Counted from the stretch's first letter, positions 9,219 to 19,855 are shown. The stretch is DNA of 43,927 nt from Phycisphaerae bacterium (GCA_050115495.1 JASFQK010000047.1:1-43927), one strand, 5' to 3'. Numbers and translations are program-made. The notes: generated from the letters alone by a model not told the origin.

Positions 9219-10271
9219 ATGACGATTCGAGCCGGCGAACAAGGCAGACGCTGCACGCGACGCCGGGGCTTCACGCTGGTTGAGTTGATGGTGGTGATCG
9301 CCATCATCGCCTTGCTGGTGGGAATCCTGGTTCCGGCGGTTGCCGCCGTACGCACGATGGCCCACAGGGCAGCCTCCGAGGCGGCACTCGGCTCTATCAG
9401 CACCGGGCTCGAGGCGTACAAGGCCGAGTCCCGGACCGGCGGCGACTACCCGCCGTCCTGGTCGGACCAGCTCCCGAGCAGCGGCGATTTCGGGCAGGTG
9501 AACAGCCCATACACCGGTCTTCCGGGCTGGAGCAGCCCGCCGGGGTACATGGACATCTCGGGCGCGGGGCTGCTGGTATGGGCGCTGGCCGGGGCGGACC
9601 AATTGGGCACGCCCGGCTTCAGGTCGTTTCGAAGCAGCAACAGTAGTCGTCTCTGGTCGAACGATAGCGACGACGACAACACGAACAATGATCCCACGCA
9701 GAGCGGGGCGTATGCGTTGTCCTCAAGCGACCAGCGGCCGCTCCAGCCGCGCTCCGGCCCGTACGTGGACATGTCCAAGATGGCCATCAGTAAATGGAAC
9801 AAGGCTGGCAAGTTCGCCATCCCCGCCGAGGAGGAGGTTAAGCTCAGCAATCACCACCCGGATCGCCGGTACCCCATGTTCCTTGATGGCTTCGGCTTCC
9901 CGATCCTGTACTGGCGGGCGGACGCGGCCGGCGTGCGCATGGCCGACCAGACGATCGTGGGCCTGAGCAGTTCGGACCGCGGCATTTATCACTGGGAGGA
10001 CAACAAGGCCCTGGTGCGGAACAACAGCACTGACGTGCTCGTTCTCCGGCCCGGCGCCGACGAGCACAAGCTGGCGTGGCAGGACCTGAGCGGCCTCAGT
10101 CCGTCCAACCCCCCGGACCTCGAGACGTTCCCGCGCTACATCATGGACGACGGCGTGCAGGTCAAGCTCGCTCCGCAGCGGGCGGACTCGTTTCTGTTGG
10201 TCAGTCCCGGGCCGGATGGTGTGTACGGGACCGCGGACGACGTCACCAACTTCAAGCATCACGGGCGATAG
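9219..10271 (+). CDS. Enlarged prepilin/pseudopilin (GspG-like), paralog of 8095-9084
   Basis: RRG|FTLVELMVVIAII; DGFGFPILYW; FLLVSPGPDGVYGTADDVTNF; shares the RSGPYV block with the upstream pilin. AGGAG RBS. Confidence 0.9.
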   Translation: MTIRAGEQGRRCTRRRGFTLVELMVVIAIIALLVGILVPAVAAVRTMAHRAASEAALGSISTGLEAYKAESRTGGDYPPSWSDQLPSSGDFGQVNSPYTGLPGWSSPPGYMDISGAGLLVWALAGADQLGTPGFRSFRSSNSSRLWSNDSDDDNTNNDPTQSGAYALSSSDQRPLQPRSGPYVDMSKMAISKWNKAGKFAIPAEEEVKLSNHHPDRRYPMFLDGFGFPILYWRADAAGVRMADQTIVGLSSSDRGIYHWEDNKALVRNNSTDVLVLRPGADEHKLAWQDLSGLSPSNPPDLETFPRYIMDDGVQVKLAPQRADSFLLVSPGPDGVYGTADDVTNFKHHGR

Positions 10272-11288
10272 ATGATCCAGCGCATGCCGTCAACCTGTTC
10301 ACCGCTGCCGGACGCCGCCCGTCGGACGCTGCGACCTTGCCGTGCCGCCTTCACGCTGGTCGAACTGCTGGTGGTGATCGTGGTGATCGGCCTGCTGGCG
10401 ACGGTGCTGGTGAGCGTGGCCGTCAAGGTGCACGCCGGCCAAAAGGTCAACACCACGCAGAACACGATGCGGCTGATCCGGATGGCCATCGACCAGTTCG
10501 CCGAAGAGAACCCACTTCAGAACCGCTACGATAATCCGCGGGCTCGCGATTCGTACGGCAACGTCATCGGCAAGACCTTCGGGCCGTTTCCGCCGTACCA
10601 GCTTGCGCGATATCCGTTCGGCAGCAACACGGTCTCGTACACCGTCGAGCCGAACCCGCCGACGTCGAACTCGCTGTCCCAACGGTTGTACCACGATCTG
10701 GGGAACGGGACGGGGAGCGTGGCCGACTGGGTCAGCCTGAGCCAGACTGCCGACCAGGTCGAATACAACGACAACCGCGCCTTGTACGCGTACCTCGCCG
10801 CGTTCAGCCCCGGCGTGCTGAGCCAGATCCCGGACACCGCGAAGAGAGCCCTTGCTCCCGGCGTGATCGAGTGCATCAATCCGGTTGGTGCCGGGACAGG
10901 GCCGAACGCTGCCGGGCGTGTGGACGTGCTTGGCTTCGTGGATACATGGGACGTGCCGTTTGATTACTTCCTCCAGGTTAAGCTGGAGTATGGCATCACG
11001 GCCAGCGGCGGGCCGGGCTGGCGGGTGACCGATCGTGTGCCGGTGCTCCGCTCACGCGGCGTGGCCAAGGATGTGGTCGATGCAGAGACAGGGACGCCGC
11101 AGGACTGGCTGTTCAGCGAACCACTGCCGCAGCCGACGGCCGCCGCCAATCTGTTCACTGGGCTTCTGCCCGGCAGTCCCTCGGGCACCGGCGCCAACGG
11201 CTGGGTGCGGGCGGTGGCCGGCTGGGGCTCCGGGCAGGACGATCAGGACAATTATCGGTACATTCCGGATTACACCACCTGGCCCTGA
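10272..11288 (+). CDS. Prepilin-type N-methylation protein
   Basis: RAA|FTLVELLVVIVVIGLL; DTWDVPFDY resembles the GspG DxWGxPY box. Start is adjacent to the previous stop. Confidence 0.88.
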   Translation: MIQRMPSTCSPLPDAARRTLRPCRAAFTLVELLVVIVVIGLLATVLVSVAVKVHAGQKVNTTQNTMRLIRMAIDQFAEENPLQNRYDNPRARDSYGNVIGKTFGPFPPYQLARYPFGSNTVSYTVEPNPPTSNSLSQRLYHDLGNGTGSVADWVSLSQTADQVEYNDNRALYAYLAAFSPGVLSQIPDTAKRALAPGVIECINPVGAGTGPNAAGRVDVLGFVDTWDVPFDYFLQVKLEYGITASGGPGWRVTDRVPVLRSRGVAKDVVDAETGTPQDWLFSEPLPQPTAAANLFTGLLPGSPSGTGANGWVRAVAGWGSGQDDQDNYRYIPDYTTWP

Positions 11289-11352
11289 TCCGGCGACGGA
11301 CAGGTGGCGGACCGTACGATGCTGACGCTGGGCTCGCTTTTGGAGATTCGGA

Positions 11353-12228
11353 TTGCTCCGGTGTGTGCGACGACAAGCTGACGCTTTCACGCTCGTCGAG
11401 CTGATCGTGGTGATCACCGTGATCGTGCTGATCCTGGCGATCGCCATTCCCGGACTCAGCGCGATGAACCAGCAGTCGCGGCTCAGCGCCGCCACGCAGA
11501 CGATCAACGGGGCGATGACCCGGGCGTACTACGGGGCGCTGGCCGACGTGAACATGACCGCCGTCCGCTTTCTGCCGGGCGAGTGGGATTACAACGAGGC
11601 CAAGGAGGCCCAGCGTCCCACCGGCCGCACGCACCTGCTCACGTACAGCTACGTCTCCACGACTTCGGCGGACCCGAACGACGTCACCGACATTGCCCTG
11701 GGCGAGTACTTCCAGCGGCGGGAGGGGACGGACAGTGTGCAGTTACCGGACGATATCGGCATCGCCCCCATCGAGGCTCTGAGCAGCGACTCGGGGTATG
11801 TGCGGGTTGGTCCGGACTCTAGCGGCGCGTTCAGCATGTGGTCCTTGGGGAACGTGGGGAAGGACTTCGTTCTGACGGGCACGCCCGGGGAGTTCAAGCT
11901 GGATGCCGGCGACACCGGCACGAACTTCCTCCAGGCCGACGACTTCCTGGTCGTGTTCGATTCGCAGACGGGGCTCCGCGGCGGCGTGCCGACGCCGACC
12001 CGGATCAAAGCGTACGATCCGGACCAGAACCTGGACACGGATCGCAACGGCAATGTGTATTATCAAAGGTACAACTTCTCGGGGATCGTCATTTATCCCC
12101 GCCGGGCGTTCCTCGCGCTGGGGAATGACCCGCAAACGCGGCAGGACTGGTTGCGAGCCAACGGTCGGCCGTATCTCGTGCACCGCCTCGGCGGTGGGCT
12201 GGTGATGGGCACACAAGGCGTTGAGTGA
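11353..12228 (+). CDS. Minor (pseudo)pilin, GspH/FimT-like position
   Basis: TTG start after GGAG; DA|FTLVELIVVITVIVLILAIAIPGL, then SRLSAATQTINGAMTRA. Confidence 0.82.
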   Translation: MLRCVRRQADAFTLVELIVVITVIVLILAIAIPGLSAMNQQSRLSAATQTINGAMTRAYYGALADVNMTAVRFLPGEWDYNEAKEAQRPTGRTHLLTYSYVSTTSADPNDVTDIALGEYFQRREGTDSVQLPDDIGIAPIEALSSDSGYVRVGPDSSGAFSMWSLGNVGKDFVLTGTPGEFKLDAGDTGTNFLQADDFLVVFDSQTGLRGGVPTPTRIKAYDPDQNLDTDRNGNVYYQRYNFSGIVIYPRRAFLALGNDPQTRQDWLRANGRPYLVHRLGGGLVMGTQGVE

Positions 12229-12237
12229 GGATTGGCT

Positions 12238-13731
12238 ATGACCAGGCAGGCACGCTATAGACCACCCGTGGGGCGGCGGTCTGCACGCGCCTTCAGCCTG
12301 GCCGAGATGATGATCGCCCTGATCATCCTCGGCTTCGGGCTACTGGTGGTGGGGGCCGCGTTGCCGGTCGGCTACAGGTATACGCAGCAGACGGTGGACC
12401 GCGCTACGGGCGATGCCGCCGTGGAGTACGCTCTGGATACCATCGAGCAGCGCGTCCGGCTGAGCCAGCGGCCGGCGTGGTACGACGCGGCGAGTTATCT
12501 ACACGTGCGGCCGGCCGACATCTTCCAGCCGCGCGTGGATCAGCCAACTGCCCCGACGCTGCACGGAACGCTGAAGAAGGAGGATGGCTCAGGTCGGCTG
12601 TGGGAGCCGCTGGTCAAGGTCCGTCCGCTGCTTGCCCGCAGCATCAACGTCACTCCCGGCTTTCAGTACGCGCAAACTGACGCTCAGAGAGACATCGAAG
12701 TACGCATCGATAGCTGGCTCTCCTCGGTTCTCAGCCCCGCCACGAATCCGGTGCGGCTGGAGTATGAAGACTACACGGTCCCGCTGCCGCAGACGTGGCT
12801 GGCTGCCTCGCTGCCCTGCACGTGCAACGTCTATCCGCCGATCGGTGACGGCTACGAGGGCACCACGGGTGGTCGCGGCTATACAGTCGACAAGTTCTTC
12901 GCCAACAAGTACTTCCCGTGGCCCGCGGACAACAACAGCGCCGAGCTCCGGCGGGCCGTGGACCGGCAGGTCGGCTGGGTGGCTTTCTATCGCCGCGTCT
13001 CCTATGCCGATGACGCCGACCCGAATTTCTACGAGTTCATCGTGGTGGCCACGCGCCTGCCGTCGTCTGAGCACCGCTATCCGATGTTCGACACGAACGT
13101 CGCTTTCACCACGTTGGCGGCGAGGCGCACGGGACCGCCGCTGCCGCCCGCGGCGGTGCCTCGCACCGGCGCCGCAGCGCCCTACGGCAGCTGGGACGTC
13201 TCCGTGCCCGTGCCGTGGCTGGTCGGCTTCCAGGAACTGCCCCCCGGGCCGACCTGGCAGTATGTCGGCGCCGGCGACCGCGTCATCAGCGATCCGAACT
13301 GGGTGGATCCGCCGACGCTGCGTTTCCTGGCCTCACCGGAAGTCGCCGACCTCATGCCGCCGGGCAGCGTTTTCATCCCGGCCCTCAACGATGACGACCC
13401 GAGTCTGTTGAACAATGGCGGCCCGACCCCGAACCCTTGGCCCAACCGGATGGCCGGCTTCGTCCCGCATGCCCCGCAGGTGCTGCCCATCTACGAGGTT
13501 GAGCGGATCGAGCCGATCAACTCCACGACGACCGCCGTCATCGTGAAGAACAACGGCTTCTACCCGTGGACGGCCCTCGGCACCGGTGCCGACGGCGCCG
13601 CGCTCTGGCCGGTCTGGGTGGTCCCGCCGGCGTTCAAGCAGTTGTCGTCCGTGGGCTGTCCGGTCTACGAGAAACGCTCGCCGGTCGTGAGCGTGGGGCG
13701 GCGGTTCGTTCACGTGCGGGAGGTCCCGTGA
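12238..13731 (+). CDS. Minor (pseudo)pilin, GspI/PilV-like position, enlarged
   Basis: RA|FSLAEMMIALIILGFGLL..LPVG, a PilV/GspI-like N-terminus. Confidence 0.82.
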   Translation: MTRQARYRPPVGRRSARAFSLAEMMIALIILGFGLLVVGAALPVGYRYTQQTVDRATGDAAVEYALDTIEQRVRLSQRPAWYDAASYLHVRPADIFQPRVDQPTAPTLHGTLKKEDGSGRLWEPLVKVRPLLARSINVTPGFQYAQTDAQRDIEVRIDSWLSSVLSPATNPVRLEYEDYTVPLPQTWLAASLPCTCNVYPPIGDGYEGTTGGRGYTVDKFFANKYFPWPADNNSAELRRAVDRQVGWVAFYRRVSYADDADPNFYEFIVVATRLPSSEHRYPMFDTNVAFTTLAARRTGPPLPPAAVPRTGAAAPYGSWDVSVPVPWLVGFQELPPGPTWQYVGAGDRVISDPNWVDPPTLRFLASPEVADLMPPGSVFIPALNDDDPSLLNNGGPTPNPWPNRMAGFVPHAPQVLPIYEVERIEPINSTTTAVIVKNNGFYPWTALGTGADGAALWPVWVVPPAFKQLSSVGCPVYEKRSPVVSVGRRFVHVREVP

Positions 13732-15209
13732 TCCGCACCGCAGTACAACCCGTCGCCCGCCGCCACCAGCCGCGACACGGCTTTACGCTGGTCGAAATGC
13801 TCGTCTCGCTGGCGGTGCTGACGGTGGCCCTGACCATCATCGGCGTGGTCTTCTCGGTCGCGACGAAGACGACCCGCCAGGCGGCGGCGTACTCCGAGGC
13901 GAACAACTGGGTTCGCCAGTTCATGCAGCAGATCGAGGAAGACCTGCGGCAGTGCGAACCGTCGCAGAGCGTGCTGGTGCTCGTCGGCCGGACGCAGGCT
14001 GCGGCCCTGACCCCCGATTTGCTCAAGGCGGGTCGCTTCCATCGCGTGCAAGTGGGCAAGACGCAGATGTCGCCCGAGGCCGCGGAATTGACCGCCGCAC
14101 CGCCGGACGGCTACAGCGACCCGCGGGCCGATCTCCTCATGTTCTTCACGAACCGGGCCATGGCCTCGCAGGCGCCGCCCGCGGATCCGAATCCGGTCTC
14201 GGACCCCTTCGGCTATGCCTGTCGTAACGGGGCCCGTTTCTCGCCGATCGAGGTCGTCTACGGCCACGCGGCGCTGGACGAGCCGGCGTTCAACCCCGGC
14301 AGTCCGCCGAAATACGACTGGCCGGCGTTCGGCGACGAACGCCACATCGAGGAGACGGTCGACGGTTCCGACAACCCGCAGCGCCTGAGCATCATCCCGG
14401 CGAACCACTGGCATCTCGGCCGCCGGGCGACGATCCTGCGCGGTCCAACGAACCGACCGCCCGACGTCAATGACGCGGAGTACCACGTCGGCGTTACCCC
14501 GTACCTCGCCCGATGCCAGCCGTATGAGGACGGCGGGCACATGCCCGGCGACGGGGCCCTCTTCAGCCTGCCCATGTTCCTCCGTCTTCTGGGGCCGGAG
14601 TCGCCGAACTTCGTCGGCGGCAATGCTTCGGCCATCTGCCGGCCATATTACTTCCCGGGCGGCAATCCCACCTGGGATGGCGATGTGGTTGACGCCATCA
14701 ACTCGCTGCTCTACGCCAACGGCGGTGAGAGTCTCCACCACGTGGCGACGGTGTTCGAGAATCCGCCGCCCGAGCTCGAAACCAACCTGGGCGTGCACAT
14801 GCTGCCCGGCTGTGCGTGGTTCCAAGTCGAGTTTCTCATGCCCGAGGATCCACGCAACAGCGTGGACTACGCCCCGGATAGCCAGTGGACCGGGACCTTC
14901 AGTAAGCGATATGACCTGCCGCTCTGGACCCAGGTCGAGCCGGACCAAACGTACGTCTTCGTCCCCGACACGCAGGCCAACCGGACCCGGATCGCGTCCG
15001 AGTTGATTTCGCTTGGCGGCAACGGCTACCGCATCGACGACTTTGCCGGCGTGGTCCCGTTCAGCCCCGGGGATCCGCGTTGGGACACGGTCGCCAATCG
15101 CCGGATTCGCCTCTGGCCGTATGCGATACGGATCACGGTGCACGTGTTCGATCCCGACGGCCGCCTCGAGCAGCCGATCGTGCGGAGCCTCGTGCATCGC
15201 TTTGACTAG
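13728..15209 (+). CDS. Minor (pseudo)pilin, GspJ/PilW-like position, enlarged
   Basis: GTG start overlaps the previous stop (GTGA). HG|FTLVEMLVSLAVL, QIEEDL, and C-terminal WPYAIRITVHVFD typical of J/W-type pilins. Confidence 0.85.
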   Translation: MIRTAVQPVARRHQPRHGFTLVEMLVSLAVLTVALTIIGVVFSVATKTTRQAAAYSEANNWVRQFMQQIEEDLRQCEPSQSVLVLVGRTQAAALTPDLLKAGRFHRVQVGKTQMSPEAAELTAAPPDGYSDPRADLLMFFTNRAMASQAPPADPNPVSDPFGYACRNGARFSPIEVVYGHAALDEPAFNPGSPPKYDWPAFGDERHIEETVDGSDNPQRLSIIPANHWHLGRRATILRGPTNRPPDVNDAEYHVGVTPYLARCQPYEDGGHMPGDGALFSLPMFLRLLGPESPNFVGGNASAICRPYYFPGGNPTWDGDVVDAINSLLYANGGESLHHVATVFENPPPELETNLGVHMLPGCAWFQVEFLMPEDPRNSVDYAPDSQWTGTFSKRYDLPLWTQVEPDQTYVFVPDTQANRTRIASELISLGGNGYRIDDFAGVVPFSPGDPRWDTVANRRIRLWPYAIRITVHVFDPDGRLEQPIVRSLVHRFD

Positions 15210-15472
15210 CTCGCCGGGTGCGCGGCGGCGCTGGTGATAATCCTGGACGTTGCCCCGGCGGCTATCGGCCGTGGTGGGGCGTGTGCGGCATGGAAGCGAG
15301 CGGCGGTATCCCACGGCGACCCGATTGGGTCCTGGCCAGGTGGAATGATAACTCGATTTCTTACCAGACGTTCCAGCCGGTCGTGGGAAACCTGGGGGCT
15401 TTGACGCTCGCCGGACAATGGAAACGGGACGAGCGGATGACCGATGGCCATCCATAAGTGTGTAGGTGCTGG

Positions 15473-18400
15473 ATGAAACGAGTACGAAGACATCCCCGGC
15501 GAGCGACGGTGCTGGTCATGATCGTCGGCCTGTTGGCGACGCTCTTCCTGATCGTCACGGCCTACATCACCCTGGCCCGCTTCGACAAGCTCACTGCCGC
15601 GAGCTTCAAGCGCAGCCAGACGGCCGAGGACGTCCTCGATAACGTCAACACGTTTGTCCTCTCGAGGATGCGGCAGGCCTGGGCCGACGCCAACGGCAAC
15701 CTGCTGGCCGGCGGCCGCGAAGACCCCGACAACCTCAGCGGTACCGGCCCCGGCAGCGTCCTCGACAGCTATATGCAGCCCGCGGTCCCCGGCTATCGCG
15801 GCTCGCGCTGGCTCGCCGGCAGCGAGGCGGTGCGTGACTGCAATCTGCCGGCTCCGGCCGACCGGTTTGAGCAGCTTCGCCTGTATCGCCAGACGGTTTC
15901 GTCCTTCGCGGCGGCGGACGTGCCGGCCCAGAACATGCCCCTGGCGGGCTGGGGGATGGGGGCGACCGGCTGGCCGATTCCCGGCGGACAGCCGCGCGTA
16001 CCCGGGCTGATTCTCGAAGATCCGAACGACGGCGATAACTACGCGCTCTCCGGCGACGATCTCGTGCGCTTCGTCCGCAATCCGACCATGGATGCGGACG
16101 GCTCGGGTATGCCCGACACGAACCTGACCGCCATGGCGCCGACCATCGAGCTGGCCAACGCCGTGGCCGACGTGCCGGTGCACGTGCCCGTCCGGCTCGA
16201 TCCGCTGACGTCCAACACGCTCTACTTCGATTCGAGCGCGATCGGCGACCCGGACAACGACATCTTCGCCGCCCAGTATCAGCGCTACGCCGACCAGGTC
16301 CGGTACGAGCCGGCGGTGAAGGTCATCTCCAACGGCGGCTTCGTGCCGCTGACCTCGCCGGGCCGGTATATCAACCCGGGCGATGTGTGGAACCGCCAGT
16401 TCGTGGTGGGGATGTTCAACTGGTGCCGGTACCTGGGGAGCCCCGCTGATCTGCAGATGGACGAGTCCACGGACAACGCCCTGCTGAACGGGCTGTGGGC
16501 GGCGGCCGATGAGGTCGAGCCGCTCCTGCGCTACCGCGGCGGGCTGCTGGCGAACTACACCGACGAGCGGCTGGGCTCGGTGCCCGAGGTGCTTACCGAC
16601 CTGCGCGACCGCTTCCACCGCACGTTCCGCGTGTACTACGACGACAAGCTCAATACGAAGCTCGACGACAGCCAGCGCTTCAACCTGGCGTCGGCGCGCA
16701 CGGACTGGACCGGCCCGTACGAGTGGGACGCCTACCGCGCCGGCGGCACGCTCGATCCGGACGCGTACAACTACGCCCTCGGTCAGCCAACGGCCAACCC
16801 GCTCCAGTACTACGTTCAGCGCCGGCTCTTCACGACCATCAGCAACAGCGACGACTTGGCCCGCGACGTGACGCCGGAGTACCCGAAACCGGCCCTGCTT
16901 CCGCCGACCATCCCCGGCAGGGACCCGGATATGGGCATCTATCCCGGGCAGCTCAAGTTCTACCTCGGTGATCTCGAGAAGGCGTTCGCCGTCGACGGCC
17001 GTTACATTGTCAACGACCATGTCCAAGTCGGCTCGGTGGCCGTGCCGGTCGGCAGCAAGATCGTTCGCCGGCTGGCAAACTACTACTACGAGATGCTCGC
17101 GGACTACAGGGGCTGGGACGGCCAGGCGAATGCCACCGAAGCGGTGACTCGGCGCGAGCAGGCCTTCATGCTCGCCGTGAACACGCTGGCCTTCATCGCT
17201 CCGCGCGTCCAGAATCCGGACAATGGCACGCCGGGCTTCATCGATGCGGTCTGGTACATCGACTACTTCGACGGCAGCGGCATCGCCAGGACCTACGTCG
17301 GCACCGCCCCGCAGCCGTTCTTCTCCGAGGCGGTTCTCTACTGCGACGACGGTGCGGATCTCGCCCTCGGTCTGGAGCTGTTCAACCCGTACGACTCGCT
17401 CCCCTCGGGCGGCAACCCGGGGAACGACAAGTTCTGCAAGGTGCAGACGGACCCGTACGCGCTGGATCTCTCCCAGTTCGTGTTCCGCGTGACCTTCAAC
17501 GACGACCCTACGGTCATCCTGCAGCGGTCGCTCAACCAGATCGAGTTGCGGACGGGCGGCTGGGCGGAGCGTTTGGTCGGGCGCAACTTCCTGTCCGTCT
17601 CGCTGGACACCGGGACCAACACCGACCTGCGGGACAACTGCGATGGCCTGCTCTCTCTCCAACCTGCCGAAGAGGTCGACCCGCCGACCGGGACCGCGCG
17701 GATCGTCAAGCTATGGCTCTACCGCAAGGGCAGTGACCACAACCTGTACCTGGTCGACAGCATGGTTCTTGGCGATCCAGGCTCGGACGTCATATTGCCG
17801 CAGTTCAATTCGGACCGGTGGGTCGTGGACGTGTACCGCGACAGCATGTCGTACGAGCCGGCCTTCGCCTGGGATACGGACGGAGCGGTCGGCGCCCTGC
17901 CGACCGCCACGGACCGTCCGGCCCGCTGGGGTATGGCGACCAACCTGCGCCGCGGGGACCAGGAAGAGGACGTTTCGGTGCCCGGGCAGCCCGGGACGCA
18001 GTCGTTCTCGATCTCGGGTTACGCGAACAACCTGGGAATTCCCGACGCGGGTGGCGGATCGTCACAGCACTTCGCCCCGAGCGCACCGCTGTACACGATG
18101 AACGCCGACCTGGGTGGCTACTACCAGAACGATTACATCGTACACGGTGCCCGACGGCCAAAATCGCTGCCCACGGTCGGGTTCCTCCTATTCGTGCCGC
18201 GCTTCGCGACGGTGAGCCCGGCGTCGGACGGCAACGTGAAGTGCATGAGTGACGTCCTGGCCGAGCAGTGGGAGATCGGCGACAGTATCAAGCGCCCGCT
18301 GTACAAGCTCGAATCCTCGTTGGATAACGAGGGCTATCCGGCCGACTTCGGGCACATGTGGATCTTCGACAACAACCAGGAAGTCAGTTCGAATTCGCTC

Positions 18401-19414
18401 TTCGACGACGAGCGTGCCGGGCAGCTCCCGTGGGGTCTGCTGGTCTTCGACTACTTCACGACGGTCTCGCCCTACGAGGACGTGGACAACGACGGCCGGG
18501 CTGATATCGATCCGCTCCGCATCGCCGGACGCATCAACATCAACACCGCCCCGTGGTATGTTCTGGCCGGCCTGCCTGTGTTGAATCCGGACAGCGCGCT
18601 GGGCCTGACGGTGAACATTGATGGTTCGGCCTCGCCGGCTTTCTGGAGCGCCGAGTCGGGCGTCCTGGTGGGGAACGTGATGCTGCCGAACACGGCGGCG
18701 ACCATCGCGCGCTTCGTCGATACGACGAATCCGACGCCCCTGTACCGCGACACGAGCGCCAATTGGCTGCGTCTCGGCCCGTACCTGGCCCAGGCTGCAG
18801 CGTCCTACCGCGACCGCGTCCGGTACGTTTCCCCCGCCTACACCGCAGCGGCCTACGTTGGGGCCGAGCAGCGCAGCGGCTTCCGGCCGTTCGCCATCTA
18901 CGGCGAGATGCGCAACAGCCATACCGCCGGCGGCAAGACCTTGAGCCACCGCGGCTTCCTGAGCCTCGGCGAACTGGCGAACGTCGTCGGCTTCGACCTG
19001 CGCGATCCGCTGGGCGGCACCGGTTACAAGCCGCTCACCACAAAGCTGATCATCAACGGCCAGTGGCAGGCCCGGCCCGACTTCTTCAAGGCCGTCAGCC
19101 TCATCGCGCTGCTGGATACGCATTTCCTCACCACCAGCAGCAACACGTTCACCGTGTACGCTTCGGTGATGGACAAGCTCAATCCGCAGGCCAGCATCCG
19201 CGAGCAGTTGACGGTCGACCGCAGCAACATGCTGCCTCGGCTGGTGCTCTACGACGCCGACGGCGACGGCATCAAGGAAACGCCGCTGCTCCAGGATACG
19301 GATGGCGACCTCGCGCACATCCCCGACGCTCCCGTACTGATCGAGAGCGACGCGCTGCCCGAGATCGTCACCCAGCGCCGTATCGGCTACTTCAACACGA
19401 AGTTTGACCAGTAG
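15473..19414 (+). CDS. Giant GspK/PilX-like pilus-tip protein, 1313 aa
   Basis: Basic leader plus hydrophobic helix lacking E5 (RRATVLVMIVGLL). GspK-like RININTAP..VL, GFLSLGELANV, LTTSSNTFTV. Several DxDxDG Ca-binding-like motifs. Last gene of the pilin operon. Confidence 0.75.
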   Translation: MKRVRRHPRRATVLVMIVGLLATLFLIVTAYITLARFDKLTAASFKRSQTAEDVLDNVNTFVLSRMRQAWADANGNLLAGGREDPDNLSGTGPGSVLDSYMQPAVPGYRGSRWLAGSEAVRDCNLPAPADRFEQLRLYRQTVSSFAAADVPAQNMPLAGWGMGATGWPIPGGQPRVPGLILEDPNDGDNYALSGDDLVRFVRNPTMDADGSGMPDTNLTAMAPTIELANAVADVPVHVPVRLDPLTSNTLYFDSSAIGDPDNDIFAAQYQRYADQVRYEPAVKVISNGGFVPLTSPGRYINPGDVWNRQFVVGMFNWCRYLGSPADLQMDESTDNALLNGLWAAADEVEPLLRYRGGLLANYTDERLGSVPEVLTDLRDRFHRTFRVYYDDKLNTKLDDSQRFNLASARTDWTGPYEWDAYRAGGTLDPDAYNYALGQPTANPLQYYVQRRLFTTISNSDDLARDVTPEYPKPALLPPTIPGRDPDMGIYPGQLKFYLGDLEKAFAVDGRYIVNDHVQVGSVAVPVGSKIVRRLANYYYEMLADYRGWDGQANATEAVTRREQAFMLAVNTLAFIAPRVQNPDNGTPGFIDAVWYIDYFDGSGIARTYVGTAPQPFFSEAVLYCDDGADLALGLELFNPYDSLPSGGNPGNDKFCKVQTDPYALDLSQFVFRVTFNDDPTVILQRSLNQIELRTGGWAERLVGRNFLSVSLDTGTNTDLRDNCDGLLSLQPAEEVDPPTGTARIVKLWLYRKGSDHNLYLVDSMVLGDPGSDVILPQFNSDRWVVDVYRDSMSYEPAFAWDTDGAVGALPTATDRPARWGMATNLRRGDQEEDVSVPGQPGTQSFSISGYANNLGIPDAGGGSSQHFAPSAPLYTMNADLGGYYQNDYIVHGARRPKSLPTVGFLLFVPRFATVSPASDGNVKCMSDVLAEQWEIGDSIKRPLYKLESSLDNEGYPADFGHMWIFDNNQEVSSNSLFDDERAGQLPWGLLVFDYFTTVSPYEDVDNDGRADIDPLRIAGRININTAPWYVLAGLPVLNPDSALGLTVNIDGSASPAFWSAESGVLVGNVMLPNTAATIARFVDTTNPTPLYRDTSANWLRLGPYLAQAAASYRDRVRYVSPAYTAAAYVGAEQRSGFRPFAIYGEMRNSHTAGGKTLSHRGFLSLGELANVVGFDLRDPLGGTGYKPLTTKLIINGQWQARPDFFKAVSLIALLDTHFLTTSSNTFTVYASVMDKLNPQASIREQLTVDRSNMLPRLVLYDADGDGIKETPLLQDTDGDLAHIPDAPVLIESDALPEIVTQRRIGYFNTKFDQ

Positions 19415-19794
19415 CGACGGCAGTAGCGTCCAGGCTCCGTACCGGAAGTCCCGTAGCGTCGGCCCCCCGTGGCCGACGTCGATTGCCGAATGCGCCTCGT
19501 CCGGCGACGGCGGCAGCGTCCAACCTCCGCGTCGGACCTCACATGCCGACAGACACACGAGTGTGCCACTGCTCTTGAGCAGTGCAGTTGAACACCTCAG
19601 GGTACGTCCGATCCTCGGTGCCATCGCGGCCTCTGGCACGCCGAGGGGGGGGCGATCATCAGCAAACGCATCGGTCCCCGGTTGGCACGCACGACGGCCC
19701 GTGCGCCCCGCCAGACACTGCTCAAGAGCAGTGGCACACCGCAGCGGCGCCGGCGGACGCAGGTGGGGAGGCGGTAGGGCGGGTTTCACCCGCT
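19411..19794. repeat. Intergenic REP cluster (several families)
   Basis: GTAGCGTCCAGGCTCCGTACCGGAAGTC 19423-19450; GTAGCGTCGGCCCCCCGTGGCCGACGTC 19453-19480; inverted pair GTGTGCCACTGCTCTTGAGCAGTG 19561-19584 / 19716-19739; GTAGGGCGGGTTTCACCCGC from 19774. Confidence 0.88.
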
Positions 19795-19855
19795 GCTTCG
19801 TCCGACGCGTGGGGGCCACGTGGCCGAGCGTCTTCCGGCGCTGTATCCTGACCGC

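Noticed and set aside
19415..19855. THF or ZTP riboswitch upstream of folD
   Set aside because: The region consists largely of REP units and I could not find the consensus of either riboswitch.
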